NCBI RefSeq assembly: GCF_006345805.1
Contig: NC_043015.1
Coordinates: 10,540,001 to 10,604,000, forward strand
Source: Octopus sinensis
Lineage: Eukaryota
Reading direction: 5' to 3'
Length of the DNA stretch: 64,000 nt
Of this stretch, positions 27,073 through 39,986 are shown in pieces. The stretch's first letter is position 1. Each line of letters opens with the position of its first letter. The translations under genes were made by a program, and so were the position numbers. The notes beneath the pieces are model-generated. The model searched no databases and had not been told where the DNA came from. It saw nothing but the letters and a program-made list of their open reading frames with translations.

Positions 27073-27395
27073 TGGGCGGCTGTGTGGTAACAAACTTCGT
27101 TCCAAAACACATGTTACTGGGTTTAGTCCCACTGTGTGGTGACATGGCATGTGTCTTCTGCTATAGCCTCACACCAACCAAAGCCTTGTCAGTGGATTTT
27201 GTAGACGAAACTGAAAGAAATCAATCGTATATATATGTATGTAGATATTTAAGTGTATGTGTGTGACTTTATTTCTGTCGTTCACCCTCATCACTGCTTC
27301 ACAACTGCTGTTTGTTTATTTACATCCCCATAACTTACTGGTCTCACAAGAAGAAACTAATAGAATAAGTACCAGGCTTATCAACATAAAAAAGC
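27073..27395 (+). mobile_element. tRNA-head SINE, family B (degenerate)
   Basis: GGCTGTGTGGTAA..GGGTTTAGTCCCACTG..GTGTCTTCTGCTATAGCC..AAAGCCTTGTCAGTGGATTT; same family as 55503-55922. Confidence 0.85.
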
Positions 27396-28437
27396 ACTAC
27401 GCTGTGTCTCATATTCTTGTTTGCCCACTCAGTTGTATCTATCAATTTATCTTTGTGTGTGTATATATATGTGTATATATAACACACAGGCGCACACACA
27501 CATACACATACACACACAGACACAGGCACACACACACACACATATATATATATATACATGTATGTTAGGGAGAAGAGTAATGCTGTGTGTTTCTTACAAT
27601 TTTATGGACCAAAATTACTGAATGGATACTTATGGTGTTTGAAACTGAGATTCAATGCATAAGGGCGGGTATAATGCATCGAAGATGAGCATTATTTCTA
27701 ATTCAATGGTACAACAGTGTAAGAGTATGCTTTGACATACATTTAGATTCTGATTTCTGCAATGTGCTGCATCAATTGTCAAGTAAATGAGAGGCATCTT
27801 TGTCTCTACTGATTCAGTTGCAAAGTGTTGAGTAAAGTTATTTGAATGCAGATCTCCTTTCAGTCTTTTTTTATTATTACTGTGTCTCACATAGTCCCCA
27901 CATGGTAACATTGAGTTCAAGTCCTTCCCAGATGAGTGACTGGTTGTTCAAAGATATTTATAAACTGTATGTTTATTCTATCCAGTTACGTATCAATATA
28001 GTGGTCATTTGCAAACTCCAAATTTCATTTCTCGTTAGCCCTCACGTCACGCATTTGTTAATGTTTATTTCAGTTGGGTCACGCCCTTCCAATTGCTATA
28101 GATTCGTAATGCATCTTACAGCTGTCCCTTCCACTTGCATGTCGAGGAATACTACATTGGGAGTGGTAAAGACTAGGGTACTGTAGCTGACTGCTTATTG
28201 TGATCATTCGTCTTTTAATTTCCTGTAGCTTTGTTCTCTTTTACAAACCCAGTGAACATATATTTCCTATTTCAAAGAAATTCAAACAATAGATATAAGA
28301 CCCAAGTTAAAGAGATTCTCAACAATTCTACTTCTCTGGTTGACATTAAGATGCCCACCCCAATAACTATCACATTTTTAGAGCTCCATGACCTGCATTT
28401 TTCAGGAGCAAAATCATTTTAACAGGTTCTATGGGAC

Positions 28438-28534
<97 letters not shown>

Positions 28535-28541
28535 TATATAT

Positions 28542-28579
<38 letters not shown>

Positions 28580-28744
28580 GATATATATATAGATATATGT
28601 ATTATGTATATATGTGTATATGGATAGATAGTTATATAGCTATATATGTGAATATATATATATATGTATGTAGATATATGTGTGTGTGTGTGTATGCATA
28701 TATGCGTATATGGATAGACAGGTATCTCTCTATATCGATCGCTA

Positions 28745-28910
28745 GCGACTACACATTCTTTATTTACTTTCCTTGTTTCTTTTTGTGTTCTTTTTGTGGA
28801 AAAGCCTAGACATGAAACGCCAAAGCCTTTTCCACTTACCCAGTGTTAAACTAATACATCTCTTTGTTGTCTACACCACCCGTCTTCGTTTTTTCTTTGA
28901 ATTCTCTCCC
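28745..28910 (+). mobile_element. Short dispersed repeat, probable Penelope 3' tail
   Basis: Aligns with 52100-52270 (GTTAAACTAATACAT..TTTGTT.TCTACACCAC). Confidence 0.6.
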
Positions 28911-28920
28911 TATACATACA

Positions 28921-28970
<50 letters not shown>

Positions 28971-29186
28971 TATATACATACATCTGTGTATGTATATATG
29001 TAAGTATATATTATTGTGTCTGGGGAGAGTCATTCTCCTTATTAATTAACACACACAACGCTTGATTTCGTTTGCTTAGTTTTTCTTGCAACGTCCTCAG
29101 TAGTCGCTGACTGTCTGTCGTCCGTTTTGTGCTCTGCTAGTTTGTTTGTTGTGCGCAGGTGTGTGAGTTCGTGTCATGTGTATACG

Positions 29187-29218
<32 letters not shown>

Positions 29219-30057
29219 CGAGGTCTGATCAATAATTTTCCGGATTGTTGCCATATTAACGAAGCTAAAACATGCAGAGTGAAATCCAGTGGCAAGGAAT
29301 AACCTTGTATTCTGCTGTACATGCGCACCAAGTTTTATCTTTCCAACTCACTTCCGCTGTTTCTAGCCATGCTTGGAAGGAAGGTGTGTAGCGTGTGCTC
29401 ATTGCATTGACTATGACAGAATAAGTTATCATGGTGATTCCAGCTCAGTGACAAACGCATAGTTGCAGAATACATATGGGGAACAGTGCATGAGCCGTAC
29501 GCAAGTGTACGTGAGGTTCAGACGTTTTAATAATAGTCGAAAACACGTCGATATTGAGAAACCTTCTGGGACACCCGCAACCACAAGAAGTGAGAAAATA
29601 ATCGCAGATGCGCATGCAGTTATAAGGAGAAATCGTCGAATCAACATCTGTGTGTTATCAAGAGATTTACAGATTATGAACGGTTCACTTCAATCCATTT
29701 TCATTGAAGATTTGGGTATGAGACGCGTGTCTGCCACGCTTGTCCGCAAACTGCGTTCAGCTAATCAAAAAGGGCTCGGGTTTCCGTTGCACAGGATCTC
29801 CTTAATTGTGACGAGAACCATGAAAATATTTCATTCAGATTCTGCTCAATTTTCTCTATCATGGTCAATGCGAAGATCACACGTACAAACCGTTATTCCA
29901 AGCACTGCTGGAAAAAAGTAGAAGTGATCTAGAACGCTAAACGTTAGTGCGCATGCACAACGGCGTTCACGGTCACTGTGTCCCAATCGGCTTTACCCTC
30001 AATGCTTTAACTCCGCTGCCATGGAAAAAAGGCCTGATACTTACTGATCTGACCACG
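29219..30057 (+). mobile_element. Internally deleted mariner element
   Basis: TIRs CGAGGTCTGATCAATAA / TTACTGATCTGACCACG; ORF 29463-29921 YGEQCMSRTQVY..F..DLGMRRVSATLVRKL is mariner transposase-like. Confidence 0.85.
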
Positions 30058-30076
30058 TTTGTGTGTGTATGCATAT

Positions 30077-30111
<35 letters not shown>

Positions 30112-30137
30112 TTATTTAAAGCAGCAGAAAATTCAAC

Positions 30138-30185
30138 AAAATCTGTTACCCTGAGTTTCCCGTTGCCGTTCATCGGACAGTTTTT
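30138..30185 (-). ncRNA. Second copy of the 19967 hammerhead motif (core CCGAUGA)
   Basis: Minus strand CTGT-CCGATGA-ACGGCAACGG-GAAA-CTCAGGG-TA-ACAG; flanks also match 19930-20045. Confidence 0.6.
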
Positions 30186-31389
30186 GCTAGCAAGGGGAAC
30201 GGTATAGACAAATTCAAGCCCATCACTATACTCAACGTGGATTAGAACTACAATAAAATGAATAAACATTATATAATAAGTAAAAAAAACTACGTAGGTT
30301 TTGTGACTACAACTTCAGTTCGAAAAGCAATTCAATTTAAAAGTATAGTCACTCCTCAGGTTAACAAAAATAACAATAATGATTAAATAAATAATCGAAT
30401 AGAATTAAACATACTTCTTAACGAAATAAAAACATGATTTTTTCTTACAGAAAAGAAACTCTTTTAACTAAATTTGAAACTTAAAAAATAGGACCATGTG
30501 TCTATAATACATTTATCATGTTAAAAATCTAAGGTAAAAAAGAGAGTAAATAGTTAGAAAAAAGTATTTTATCTGTGAAGATATATTTTAGCTTTGAGAA
30601 TAATATTAACAAACTATTGTATATCTTTACTGGAAAAATATAAGAGTCTAATTAATTAAAGTAAAATTACTTAAAATAAATCATATACTTCAGTTAAGCT
30701 AAAATACTATCATTTAATCTATATTTATTAATTAAATAAGTTATATATTAATTTATTAATTAAATAAAAATCTAATTAGATCAAATTTTTATTCAACGTA
30801 CAGACTCTGGCACACACAGCCACACAAATATATACACATATGCATTCATATTGTAAGAAAAAGGGAAGAGGGGAATTTTGATTATACTCATGTGGTGAGT
30901 TGTAATGTAAAAAAAAATGTATACATAAACGAAGGAAAGTGCACAGGGCTTACATAGTTTTCATATATCTTTAGATATATTTTATAAGTGAAAGACCATT
31001 GTGTTTGTCGACCGAAGTCGCTTTCGTTAATCATGACATATAAATTATTATGATTTCGTATTTCCTTAAGATTATAGTCCATGTTTCGTATAGAGTTTGC
31101 GAATGAATCAACAAATACAAAATTGTAAGGGGGCGTGGAAAATATTGATCGTTATTATTTGGGACAAGGCAGGCAATTGAGCAATTTGGTGGGAGAGGAT
31201 AAATAAATATACAAAACTCAAAAACCAAAGAAGCGAAATACAATGCTTACACCGATGGATATGTGAACCTGAATTAAAATATATACTGAGACCAAAGTCA
31301 CATACGCGTTCATATTTAAGCGTGCTTTGTATATTTTGATAAATGAATTTTCCTTATCTTACACGTTCTTGTAGAGAAATTCTTACTTT

Positions 31390-32660
31390 GCAGATGGTAG
31401 CTGACGAAAACTGGGAAGTTTGGTTGCATATTACCTGCACCTCTCTCTATGTGCTCCCTCAAAGGAATCTGTGTGTACTATGGGAACCGGATCTCTTCCT
31501 TGTGTAGTGTTGTTCTCCGTGTATGCGCCATATTTTTCTGTCATGTGTAGTTATGTCTACATGAACAAGTTCTAACATGAATCAAACTCACAGAAGTACA
31601 AGTGAAATTAGTTTTGTGAACCTCTCTTCACAACTTCACAACTTTTTAGTAGGCTGGATGATGTTCCACAGTTTGGACGTCCACCATTTTTAACCATTAG
31701 TTTCGTGGTTGTTGTGTAAGGTTTGGATTTGTCAGAAATCGTTTCAGCGATGTGTGTATTTTTTTTTTCATTTGATGAACTTAATTTTTTTTTTCAAAAT
31801 AATGTTATTTTTCGAATCCCTAGTGAGCATAATGAGATTTTGTACAATAGTGATGTATGCCTCATTGTTTTAGGTTTGTGAGTTGATGTATACGATTGTG
31901 TTTTAAGATGAGCTGTGGTATTAAATTTCGCTTACCTTAACTTTTGTCTCCTTTACGTTTTGTTTCATTTAACGCCTAAATTCTTGGCACGCTTAATTCC
32001 ATCATCTATATGTGCGGGTGGATACTGTTTCTCAGTTAGTACTGTTTTGAGGTCTTGAAGCGGAGGTCCCGAGTATTTCCCTCAGACACTACTGTGCAAA
32101 TCCTTTTTTCCTATATTAAAGGAGATATTTCTTTTGGTGTGTTTCGGGTGGCTCGAGCTAAATATAAGGTAGTGCTTCAATCCATTGGTTTATAACAAAT
32201 CTCATATATAATTTGGCTGTTGACTTTTTAAATCATAATATATTTGAAAGGAGCTTTTCTTTGCAATATTCCATTGTAAGTTGAATGTTTGGATTTGTAT
32301 TATTTAGTATTGATTCACATTCCCAACGTTTATTAATGATTTCCTCCCAAAGGATAAAGCAGTGATCCAGATATCTTTTCCTGTTTTCTCATATATTAAG
32401 GTAAAATGGATTTCCATATTTTTGCGGTCAGACTATATGTATATCTATATATGTTGTGAATTCAAAATATCCCATTCATTAGGTTCGAATGAACAGGGGC
32501 TGCTTTCGTTCCCATCGCAATACCGCATTTTTGACTTTCGTAGGTGTCATCAAATAGGAAATAATTTTTCTGAAATATAAATTTTAATGTTTCAATAATG
32601 AAAACCTACTTTGTGAGTTTCAGACGTTCTTGAGGGCATTTTCTAGCCAGAATTTTATTG
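31390..32660 (-). pseudogene. Decayed Penelope-like element (RT + GIY-YIG)
   Basis: Minus-strand fragments GIAMGTKAAPV, KRYLDHCFILW (YLDD-like), YKPMD, TNFTCTS..RRTTLHKEEIRFP..QIPLREHIE. Confidence 0.8.
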
Positions 32661-32699
32661 TTCTATTCCATAGGCATGTGGGATATAGTCATGAGTCAA

Positions 32700-33000
32700 A
32701 CCGCCAAGCACATACCATAATAAAGAGTAAACAACAACACAATCCATTGTGAAGTTTTAAAACATGCCAACTCCACCTATCAACAAACTCAACAATATTA
32801 CATGCAAAAGAGTCAATATGATATTTGATTTTATCTGACAATGGGATCAGAGATTCGTTTTAAACAAGGACGACTCTTTATAATAAGAAATAATTTCCCC
32901 TGTGCATCTGAAAACCTAATCCATATAATAACATGCTTAGGATGCGTGGGAACATTACTCTGGACAAGCAAAACGCTTTACGAAAGAAGGGAAACAAAAA
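32700..33000 (+). pseudogene. Penelope GIY-YIG fragment in the opposite orientation
   Basis: FPCASENLIHIITCLGC in ORF 32841-33203; also HTIIKSKQ. Confidence 0.65.
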
Positions 33001-33204
33001 CCGACAACGAAATTACTGCAAACCCTACTGGGATCAGGATTACGACATCTGCTAACTTATGGAGGGACAAATGCTATAAGGTAAGACCACTAATACCAGT
33101 TAGATTAAAAACTACTATAAGCCATGCGGTGTTACTACTGCTAATATTTTCGGTCGTCCACCTGCTACAATTCACATCGTCCAAGGAAGACAACCACCAC
33201 TAAC

Positions 33205-33206
33205 AA

Positions 33207-33241
<35 letters not shown>

Positions 33242-33360
33242 TTACTACTACTACTAACACCAATACTACTACTACTACTACTACTACTACTATTACTACT
33301 ACTACTATACCACTACTAATACTGCTGGTGCTAATGCTACTACTTCTACTACTGCAACTA
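33205..33360. repeat. (CTA)n microsatellite
   Basis: Visible. Confidence 0.95.
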
Positions 33361-33629
33361 TTTTTAATTTACATCTCAGCAGAAAAGTAACGATAGAAAA
33401 AATATAAGACCAGACAGAACTGAAATTAAGGAGGCTTTAATTTAATATATCTCAGTTTTTCTCCCATTTTACCAGCAGGAAAGAGTCGTCTTAACATCTC
33501 GAAACCGCTACATATATTAATTCTGTTGACCATCATAAAGTTCTCGAACGTATTTTATCTTAAAATCATTTTTAACATAGTTTTCACGTATGTAACCACC
33601 AAACATTTCAAATATATGAGTAATATAAA

Positions 33630-33797
33630 TAGACAGACAGGCGGACAAGATATATAGATAAATTGATAGATAGATATATAGATAAATAGATAGATAGATA
33701 GATAGATGGATGGATGGGTGGATGGATGGATGGATGGATGGATAGATAGATAAATAGATAGATAGACAGACAGATAGACAGGCAGACAGATAGATAA

Positions 33798-33860
<63 letters not shown>
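33630..33860. repeat. (GATA)n/(GACA)n/(GATG)n array
   Basis: Visible; abuts the 3' end of the extra LINE tail copy. Confidence 0.95.
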
Positions 33861-33861
<1 letters not shown>

Positions 33862-33865
33862 ATAA

Positions 33866-34100
33866 GTTTCTTTATTGGCCACACAGGGCTGCACACAGAT
33901 GGGACAAGTTACAAGGTAGAGATTTTCTTTTGGGGGATGAAGAGAACAAAAAACAAAAGAGAAAAAAAGGGGTGGCGTAAGTTTTCGATTAAGAGGGATC
34001 GTAAAAGGGAAGAAAAGAACAAAAACAAAAAAAAATGAAAATAAAAAGAATAAAAAGAGAAAGAAAAAAAAGAAAAGGAAAAGGAACAAAGGGAAAGAGA
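33866..34100 (-). mobile_element. 5'-truncated 3'-end copy of the Tx1-like LINE family
   Basis: Diverged duplicate of 34254-34440, each ending CAGCCCTGTGTGGC.AATAAAGAAAC followed by (TATC)n. Confidence 0.85.
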
Positions 34101-34113
34101 GATAGATAGATAT

Positions 34114-34158
<45 letters not shown>

Positions 34159-34618
34159 AAGATAGATAAATAGATAGATATATATATATATAGATAGATA
34201 GATAGATAGATAGATATATAGATAGATAGATAGATAGATAGATATATAGATATGTTTCTTTATTAGCCACACAGGGCTGCACACAGATAGAACAAATTAC
34301 AAGGTAGAGCTTTTCTTTTGAGGGTTCAAAAAAAAAAAAAAGGAAGGGAGAGTTTCGGTCAAAAGGGATCGTAAAAGGAGAGAAAGGGGACAAAAAAAGA
34401 GGGGTTAAAAAAAAAGGGGGAGAGGAAAAAAAAATGATCAATAGGGATCGTTATCACAGAAATGTCAATATGAAGTGTAAAGGGGAGGACAGGTGAGGTT
34501 TACCCGTGGAAAGAAAAGCCTACGGAAAAGGCCACGGTAACCTCGGTCAATGGAGTTACATGTTATATTTCTTTTTTTTTTTTGCAAATAAGCAACTCTC
34601 TGTTTTCAATTTCTGGGT

Positions 34619-37600
34619 TCATAGGATCATGCTCAAGGTGGCTTCGTCATTCATACGTGCCATTCTTGCTACATTCACCCATCTTTTTTTAAAACATTCG
34701 CTAGACAAAACTTGCCTCTCTACTCTCACTTTCCTTTTCAAGTGGTACTTGAAGAAGTTGATGAGAGATTGACCAGAGAGGAAAGTGTTTGTCTCCAATC
34801 CTTTCAGACGCGTCCACCAGATACATTCTTTCGCCATAGCCACAATGATGATGAAAATAGCTCTTCCTTCCCGTTTGAAGGAGGGAGGCGTGACAATATT
34901 AACGATAGACTCAGCTGATAAACCGACTCGTCCCACACGTGACAGCAGTTGTTCGACACAAGCCCACAGGTCGGAAATTGTTGGACACTGCATGAGTGCG
35001 TGCAGAACGGTTTGGTCGCTCTGACCGCATCTCGGGCAGGTCGGCCCCGTGTTTCTCGAGCCGTGTCTGTAGAGCTTATCCCGAACGGGTAGCGCTTCTC
35101 GGTAGCACTGCCAGGCCAGGGATCTCTGGAAGTTGTCCATGGGCCCTGGCCCGAAAGTCGTCCTGAACAGGCGGGTCAGGTACTCCTCGTCGACGTCCAG
35201 GTTCGCCCCGAGCTCGTCGTCGTACCTCCCCTCCACTAAACCCCTATAGAATGCTTTGGTTGTGTTGAAGTCACTCAAGGTCGACCCAGGACGGCAGAGT
35301 TGCTTGAGAGCAACGCGACACTCGCGGTGCCATTCGCCCTTCTTCGGCCTCTTTTTGATCCACGACTGCAGTTCGGTCATGGAGACGAGCTGCCGGAAAG
35401 CATGCCTCACAAACGGCGACCACACATGTTCACCGTCGTCTACATAGAGCCAGAGATGTCGCAGTCTCAGCGCGTGTCTGCGCATCATCAACCACGGCAT
35501 GCCCAGCCCTCCTTTTAACGGGTGTTGACAGCAAATGGATCGCCTGACCATCGGGACGCATCCTTTCCACAAGAAGCGGAAGAGAATGCGTTGTAGTTTG
35601 GTGATGGTAGGGTTGGGACAAGGTACGACGGTCAGGCGGTAGTAGATGACGGACGCGATGTACGTGTTCGCCACCTCCGCCCGACCTTTTAGGGACAGTT
35701 TCCTCTCGGCCCATTGCCGGGCGAGAGTGACCACCCTACTCGTTATCTCGTTCCAGTTCTTCTCCACTTGGAGGTCCGGACCAAACCAGACCCCGAGCAA
35801 CTCAACCGGGCCGTCGGTCCAGCGTCCCACGACGGAGGCGCTGGTGGACGGCATGGGCTTGCTTCTCCAGGTGCCTAGTCGCAAGCCACTGACTTTTCCC
35901 GGTTGATTTTCGCTCCTGTCACCGCTTCGTAGTTTTTCAGTGTCTCGCCGACCTGCTCGATGTGCTCGTGGCTAGACACTATGACGGTGACGTCGTCCGC
36001 GTATGCAGACACGCTCGTCCCGCATCCCAGTTCTCGCGGGATGCTCTCAAGGTTGCCAGCTTCCGCAATAATGGCTCGAGAGTCAATACGTATAGAACGA
36101 CGAGAGGGGGCATCCCTGACGGACCGAACGTGCGATGTCCAAGGGTCTTGATAGATGTCCATTCACGCGAATTACCGAACGGATGCCTCTGTACAAAGCG
36201 GCTATCCAGCCGCGGAAGACGGGACCGAAGCCAGCCGCTCCGAGGACCGCCTCCAAGTATCGATGGTCCACCCTATCGAAAGCTTTCGATTGATCCAAAT
36301 TGATCAGCGCCCCACCCATGCCAGGTTCGTTAACTACCCTGTCTATGATGTAGCGCATCAGGTGGAGGTTGTCATGGATGGTCCGGCCTGGCACGGCGCA
36401 TGTTTGCGCCCTGTTGACCAGTTTCTCGATGACAAGCGCCAACCTCTTGGGTAGCACCTTGGCCAAAATTTTCAAGTCTGCCTTAAGCAGAGTGATGGGC
36501 CTAAAGTTATCTATTACATTTCCCTTGTTTAGATCTTTCTTCAGCAGTGTTACGGCTCCTCGGCTCACAAAACCAGGAATGCTCCCGTTTTGCTGCCAGT
36601 TGCAGTACACCGCCGCCAAGAGATCTCCAAACAAGTCTGGCATACAATTGTAAAGCTCGTAGGCTAGACCATCCAAACCCGGTGATTTGTCCCCCGAGCA
36701 TTCTGCCATCGCTTCCTGCATTTCTGCCGCCGTGATGGCACCTTCGCAGCACCCTGCCTTTCTTGGCGAGAGTCGTGGTAGGCTATGTAGGTAGGCACTG
36801 AAGTCCACCCTACGTTCTTGCCCTCCACTCGTTCCGAACAGTCGGGCAAAATGATGCTGAAAGGCCTTACACATTTTACTTGGCTCGAGCAATTCGCGCC
36901 CCTGTTCATCTACCAGGGACCGAATGGTGGCTTTGTTGCCCTGTTGCGCCTCTGCTACCCGGGCCTCTCTCGCGGCTCCAACACCTTCGTTCCTTAGAGC
37001 ACGCATCCTAGCTCTGACAGCACATCCTTCGTGTTTGGCGTTGAAGTGTTGGTCGAGGGCCAACCTCGCCGCCAAAACGTCGGATGCGATGCCGCTTCTA
37101 ATTGCCTCTTCTAGCTTCTTAACTAGCTCACCCTCTAGTCTATTTCTATCTATGGCTAGTGCTTTGCTGTACCTAATCGCTTCTGCTTTTACTGCTCTCT
37201 TGAGGGCAAACAACCATTTGTTGTTGATGATGGCTCCCGTCAAAGCCCTCTTTACTAGTGTGCTAATCCAGTCTCTGAAAACCTGTCTCGATGGGAAAGA
37301 CGCGTTTAGTTTCCAGTATCCGGGACCCTGCCTAAGTGTCTTACCTAAGTCTAGCGTACATGTCACAAGTTTGTGATCCGTGTAGCTGACTATGTGGAAT
37401 TGTGGACATCCTATGCTATCTCTGTCTACTGTCCTACACAGTATCCTATCTAGATACGATCTCGACGACCCGATGCGGTTGCTCCATGTCCACGTTGGCG
37501 CATTCGGGTGGTCTAGTCGGAACCTGTCAGACAGTTGAAAGCGTCTGAGCAGGTCTCTGAGGCATTTGCATCCCCGTCTATTCCTATCTCTACCCACGTA

Positions 37601-38044
37601 GTCTACATGCGTGTCCAAGGTAGCATTCCAATCCCCCACTAAGAGCAAAGGACGAGACGTTCCCAAGAATACTTCTAGACGTTGAAAGAAATCCGCTCGA
37701 CCTGTTAAGGGCGGTGCGTAGACTGATACGAGTCGAAAAGCGCACCCATTGCTGCCGTCGACATCCAGGACGACCAGATTACCCTCCGGGTCTACGAATA
37801 TTGTCCTTACTTTGAGATCCAGACTCTTGTGAAAAAGTACCGCGGTGCCACTACCGCCCATTCTCGGCAGACAGGGGGAAAAATAAATGTTGAACTGTCC
37901 GCCAAACATGGCCCGCGGATTGTGGAGTCTGGTCTCACTTATGGCTATGATTTCTAACTTATGTGACTTTATGTCATTTAAGAGGTACCCTTGTTTCCAA
38001 GGGGACCCCAAGCCACGCGCATTTACACAACCAATCTTGATCAT
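34619..38044 (-). pseudogene. ORF2: AP endonuclease + reverse transcriptase + C-terminal CCHC; three 1-nt deletions, no other stops
   Basis: VNARGL, ISETR, VYAP, GDWN, YLDRIL, TDHKLV, GPGYWKLN, KSPGLDG, FRPITLL, LDQSKAFDRV, QGCPLS, AYADDVTV, CPRCG..ETVLH-like QTVLHALMQC. Confidence 0.92.
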
Positions 38045-38088
38045 AGTCGTAATGAATTAGAATACAAGTGAAAGGAACAGAGGGTTAT

Positions 38089-39020
38089 TTACTGCTCGAA
38101 AGTTTTTGCTTTCTCCTCCTTTGGTTTGTCCTCGAGGAGATCCCAGTACAGTTTCTTTGTGAGATATTTTTGGCATTTACCAACCGCGCTGCGGAAAATG
38201 CCTTTGAGTGTGTGGTGCAGACTTTTGGAGATGTGTAATATTTTGATGTGGTCTGGTGGTGTTGTGTATGGGTGATTGTTTGTTTTTATGTCATCTTCTG
38301 TTATGTTTGTTTTTGATTGGATGTATTCCATCAAATTTGTGTTTTTGGTGTCTATAGCTGTGAGCATGTTTGCTGTATATATTTTTGTGGTGTTGGTGTG
38401 GCTGTTGTTTGCGTTGGGTTTTGAAATGTCTTCGTGAGATGTATTTCCCCCTGCTTTGTTCGTGTTTGCATTTGGTTTGGTTGTGTTTCTGCTCTTTATT
38501 TTCCTTCTTTTTGTAGCTATTGCCATTCCTCACTGGTTTCGTCTTCCGACGAAATTCTGAGGAATCAGTAGGGGGTAGGGGTATGTTGTGGGCTTCTATG
38601 TATGTCTGTGTAAGTGGTTGTGTTGTTGTTTTCGTTGTTGTTGGTTGTTGAGTGTTTGTGTGTGTTGAGTGCGGTATAAGGGATGGGGGATCAGTTTGTG
38701 TGTGTTTTCTTTGTTTTTCTGTTCCTTTGGGTTTTGCTGTTGTTGGTGGTGTTGGTATTTTTTCAGGTGTTGAGTGGTTTTTGGTTGATGACGGATTAGC
38801 TTGGTGTGCTTCTCTTGTCGTCTTCTGTGTTGATGGTGGTGTGGGTAGTAGAGCTTTTTTTCCGAAGTGTTTTGGTTGTGGTAGTGGTTGTTGTTGTTGC
38901 TCTTGGTGTGCAGTGGTCGGGCACGTCTTTTTCAAGTGTGTTTCGCTTCCACACAAATAGCAGCGTGGTCGCCTGCCCTCTACCACTATATAGAGTTTGT
39001 AGCCTCCTGGCAGTTCTATA
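38089..39020 (-). pseudogene. ORF1 C-terminal part with gag-like CX2CX4HX4C knuckle; frameshifted
   Basis: CYLCGSETHLKKTC, then a Q/P/T-rich region; continuation in another frame to 38089. Confidence 0.8.
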
Positions 39021-39022
39021 GT

Positions 39023-39072
<50 letters not shown>

Positions 39073-39087
39073 GAAAGTTAGATAGAT
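39023..39087. repeat. (GATA)n at the LINE 5' junction
   Basis: Visible. Confidence 0.95.
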
Positions 39088-39436
39088 AACAGAAGCCAAT
39101 TACATAATTGGTTTCTTGTTTGGAAAATGTGACTGAGAGTGGTCACAGTGAAATATGCGTGGGTAACTGTGTATCCAAGGTTTCCTATAGATTCTAATTT
39201 GTAAGAAAAATGACAGCCTGTTTCTCAAACGTAGAGGATTGCGTCTTAACTTTCCTTCATTTATTTCCCCTTGAAATATTTACCCTGAATAAGAACACTT
39301 CGAAATATTTAATACGACACATGCGCCGTTAATTTCACTGTAAGTTTTCCACTTATACCTACATGTATATATGTGTGTGTATACATATATGTGTATGCGT
39401 GTGTTTATAAATATATACGTATATATATATATATAT

Positions 39437-39495
<59 letters not shown>

Positions 39496-39945
39496 TGTGT
39501 GTTTTGCATGTACATACAAAAGTGTGACTGCGTGATGTATATGCGTTTTTGTGCTTGCATATGTAAATATTCGCTGAAATATTCTTACAGAGCCAAGAAT
39601 GACTGTCTGCATATGCGTTACTACGCTGACTCTGATGTACATGATTATCTATAAACTTTGTATACACAGGTTTGAGAGCACTTCTTTCTATTTGTCATTG
39701 TATCAGATTTTATCTGTAACAGCCTGTTTGTTTTCAATTTCTTTTCGTTTCGTTGTTTAAAGATCTTCATATATTATTTACGTTGAATTGAAGCAGATAA
39801 AAAAAGAATTTAAAAAACAACCTCTCCATCGATGAACAGATTAAAAGATTTATTGATTTTTGCTTATTTTTTGCCTACTTGCCATATGTACATACATACA
39901 TACATACATACATACATACATACTACATACATACATACATACATA

Positions 39946-39986
<41 letters not shown>

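Larger units (their letters stand above)
34254..39020 (-). mobile_element. Tx1/L1-clade non-LTR retrotransposon, 5'-truncated in ORF1
   Basis: ORF1 zinc knuckle, ORF2 APE-RT-zf, 3' UTR with AATAAA, (GATA)n on both flanks. Confidence 0.93.

Noticed and set aside
27630-28430. Minus-strand MLPCG...F.QHFATES resembling Helitron Rep
   Set aside because: Similarity too weak without a profile search
35256-37376. Plus-strand and alternate-frame ORFs overlapping the LINE
   Set aside because: Shadow ORFs of GC-richer LINE coding sequence
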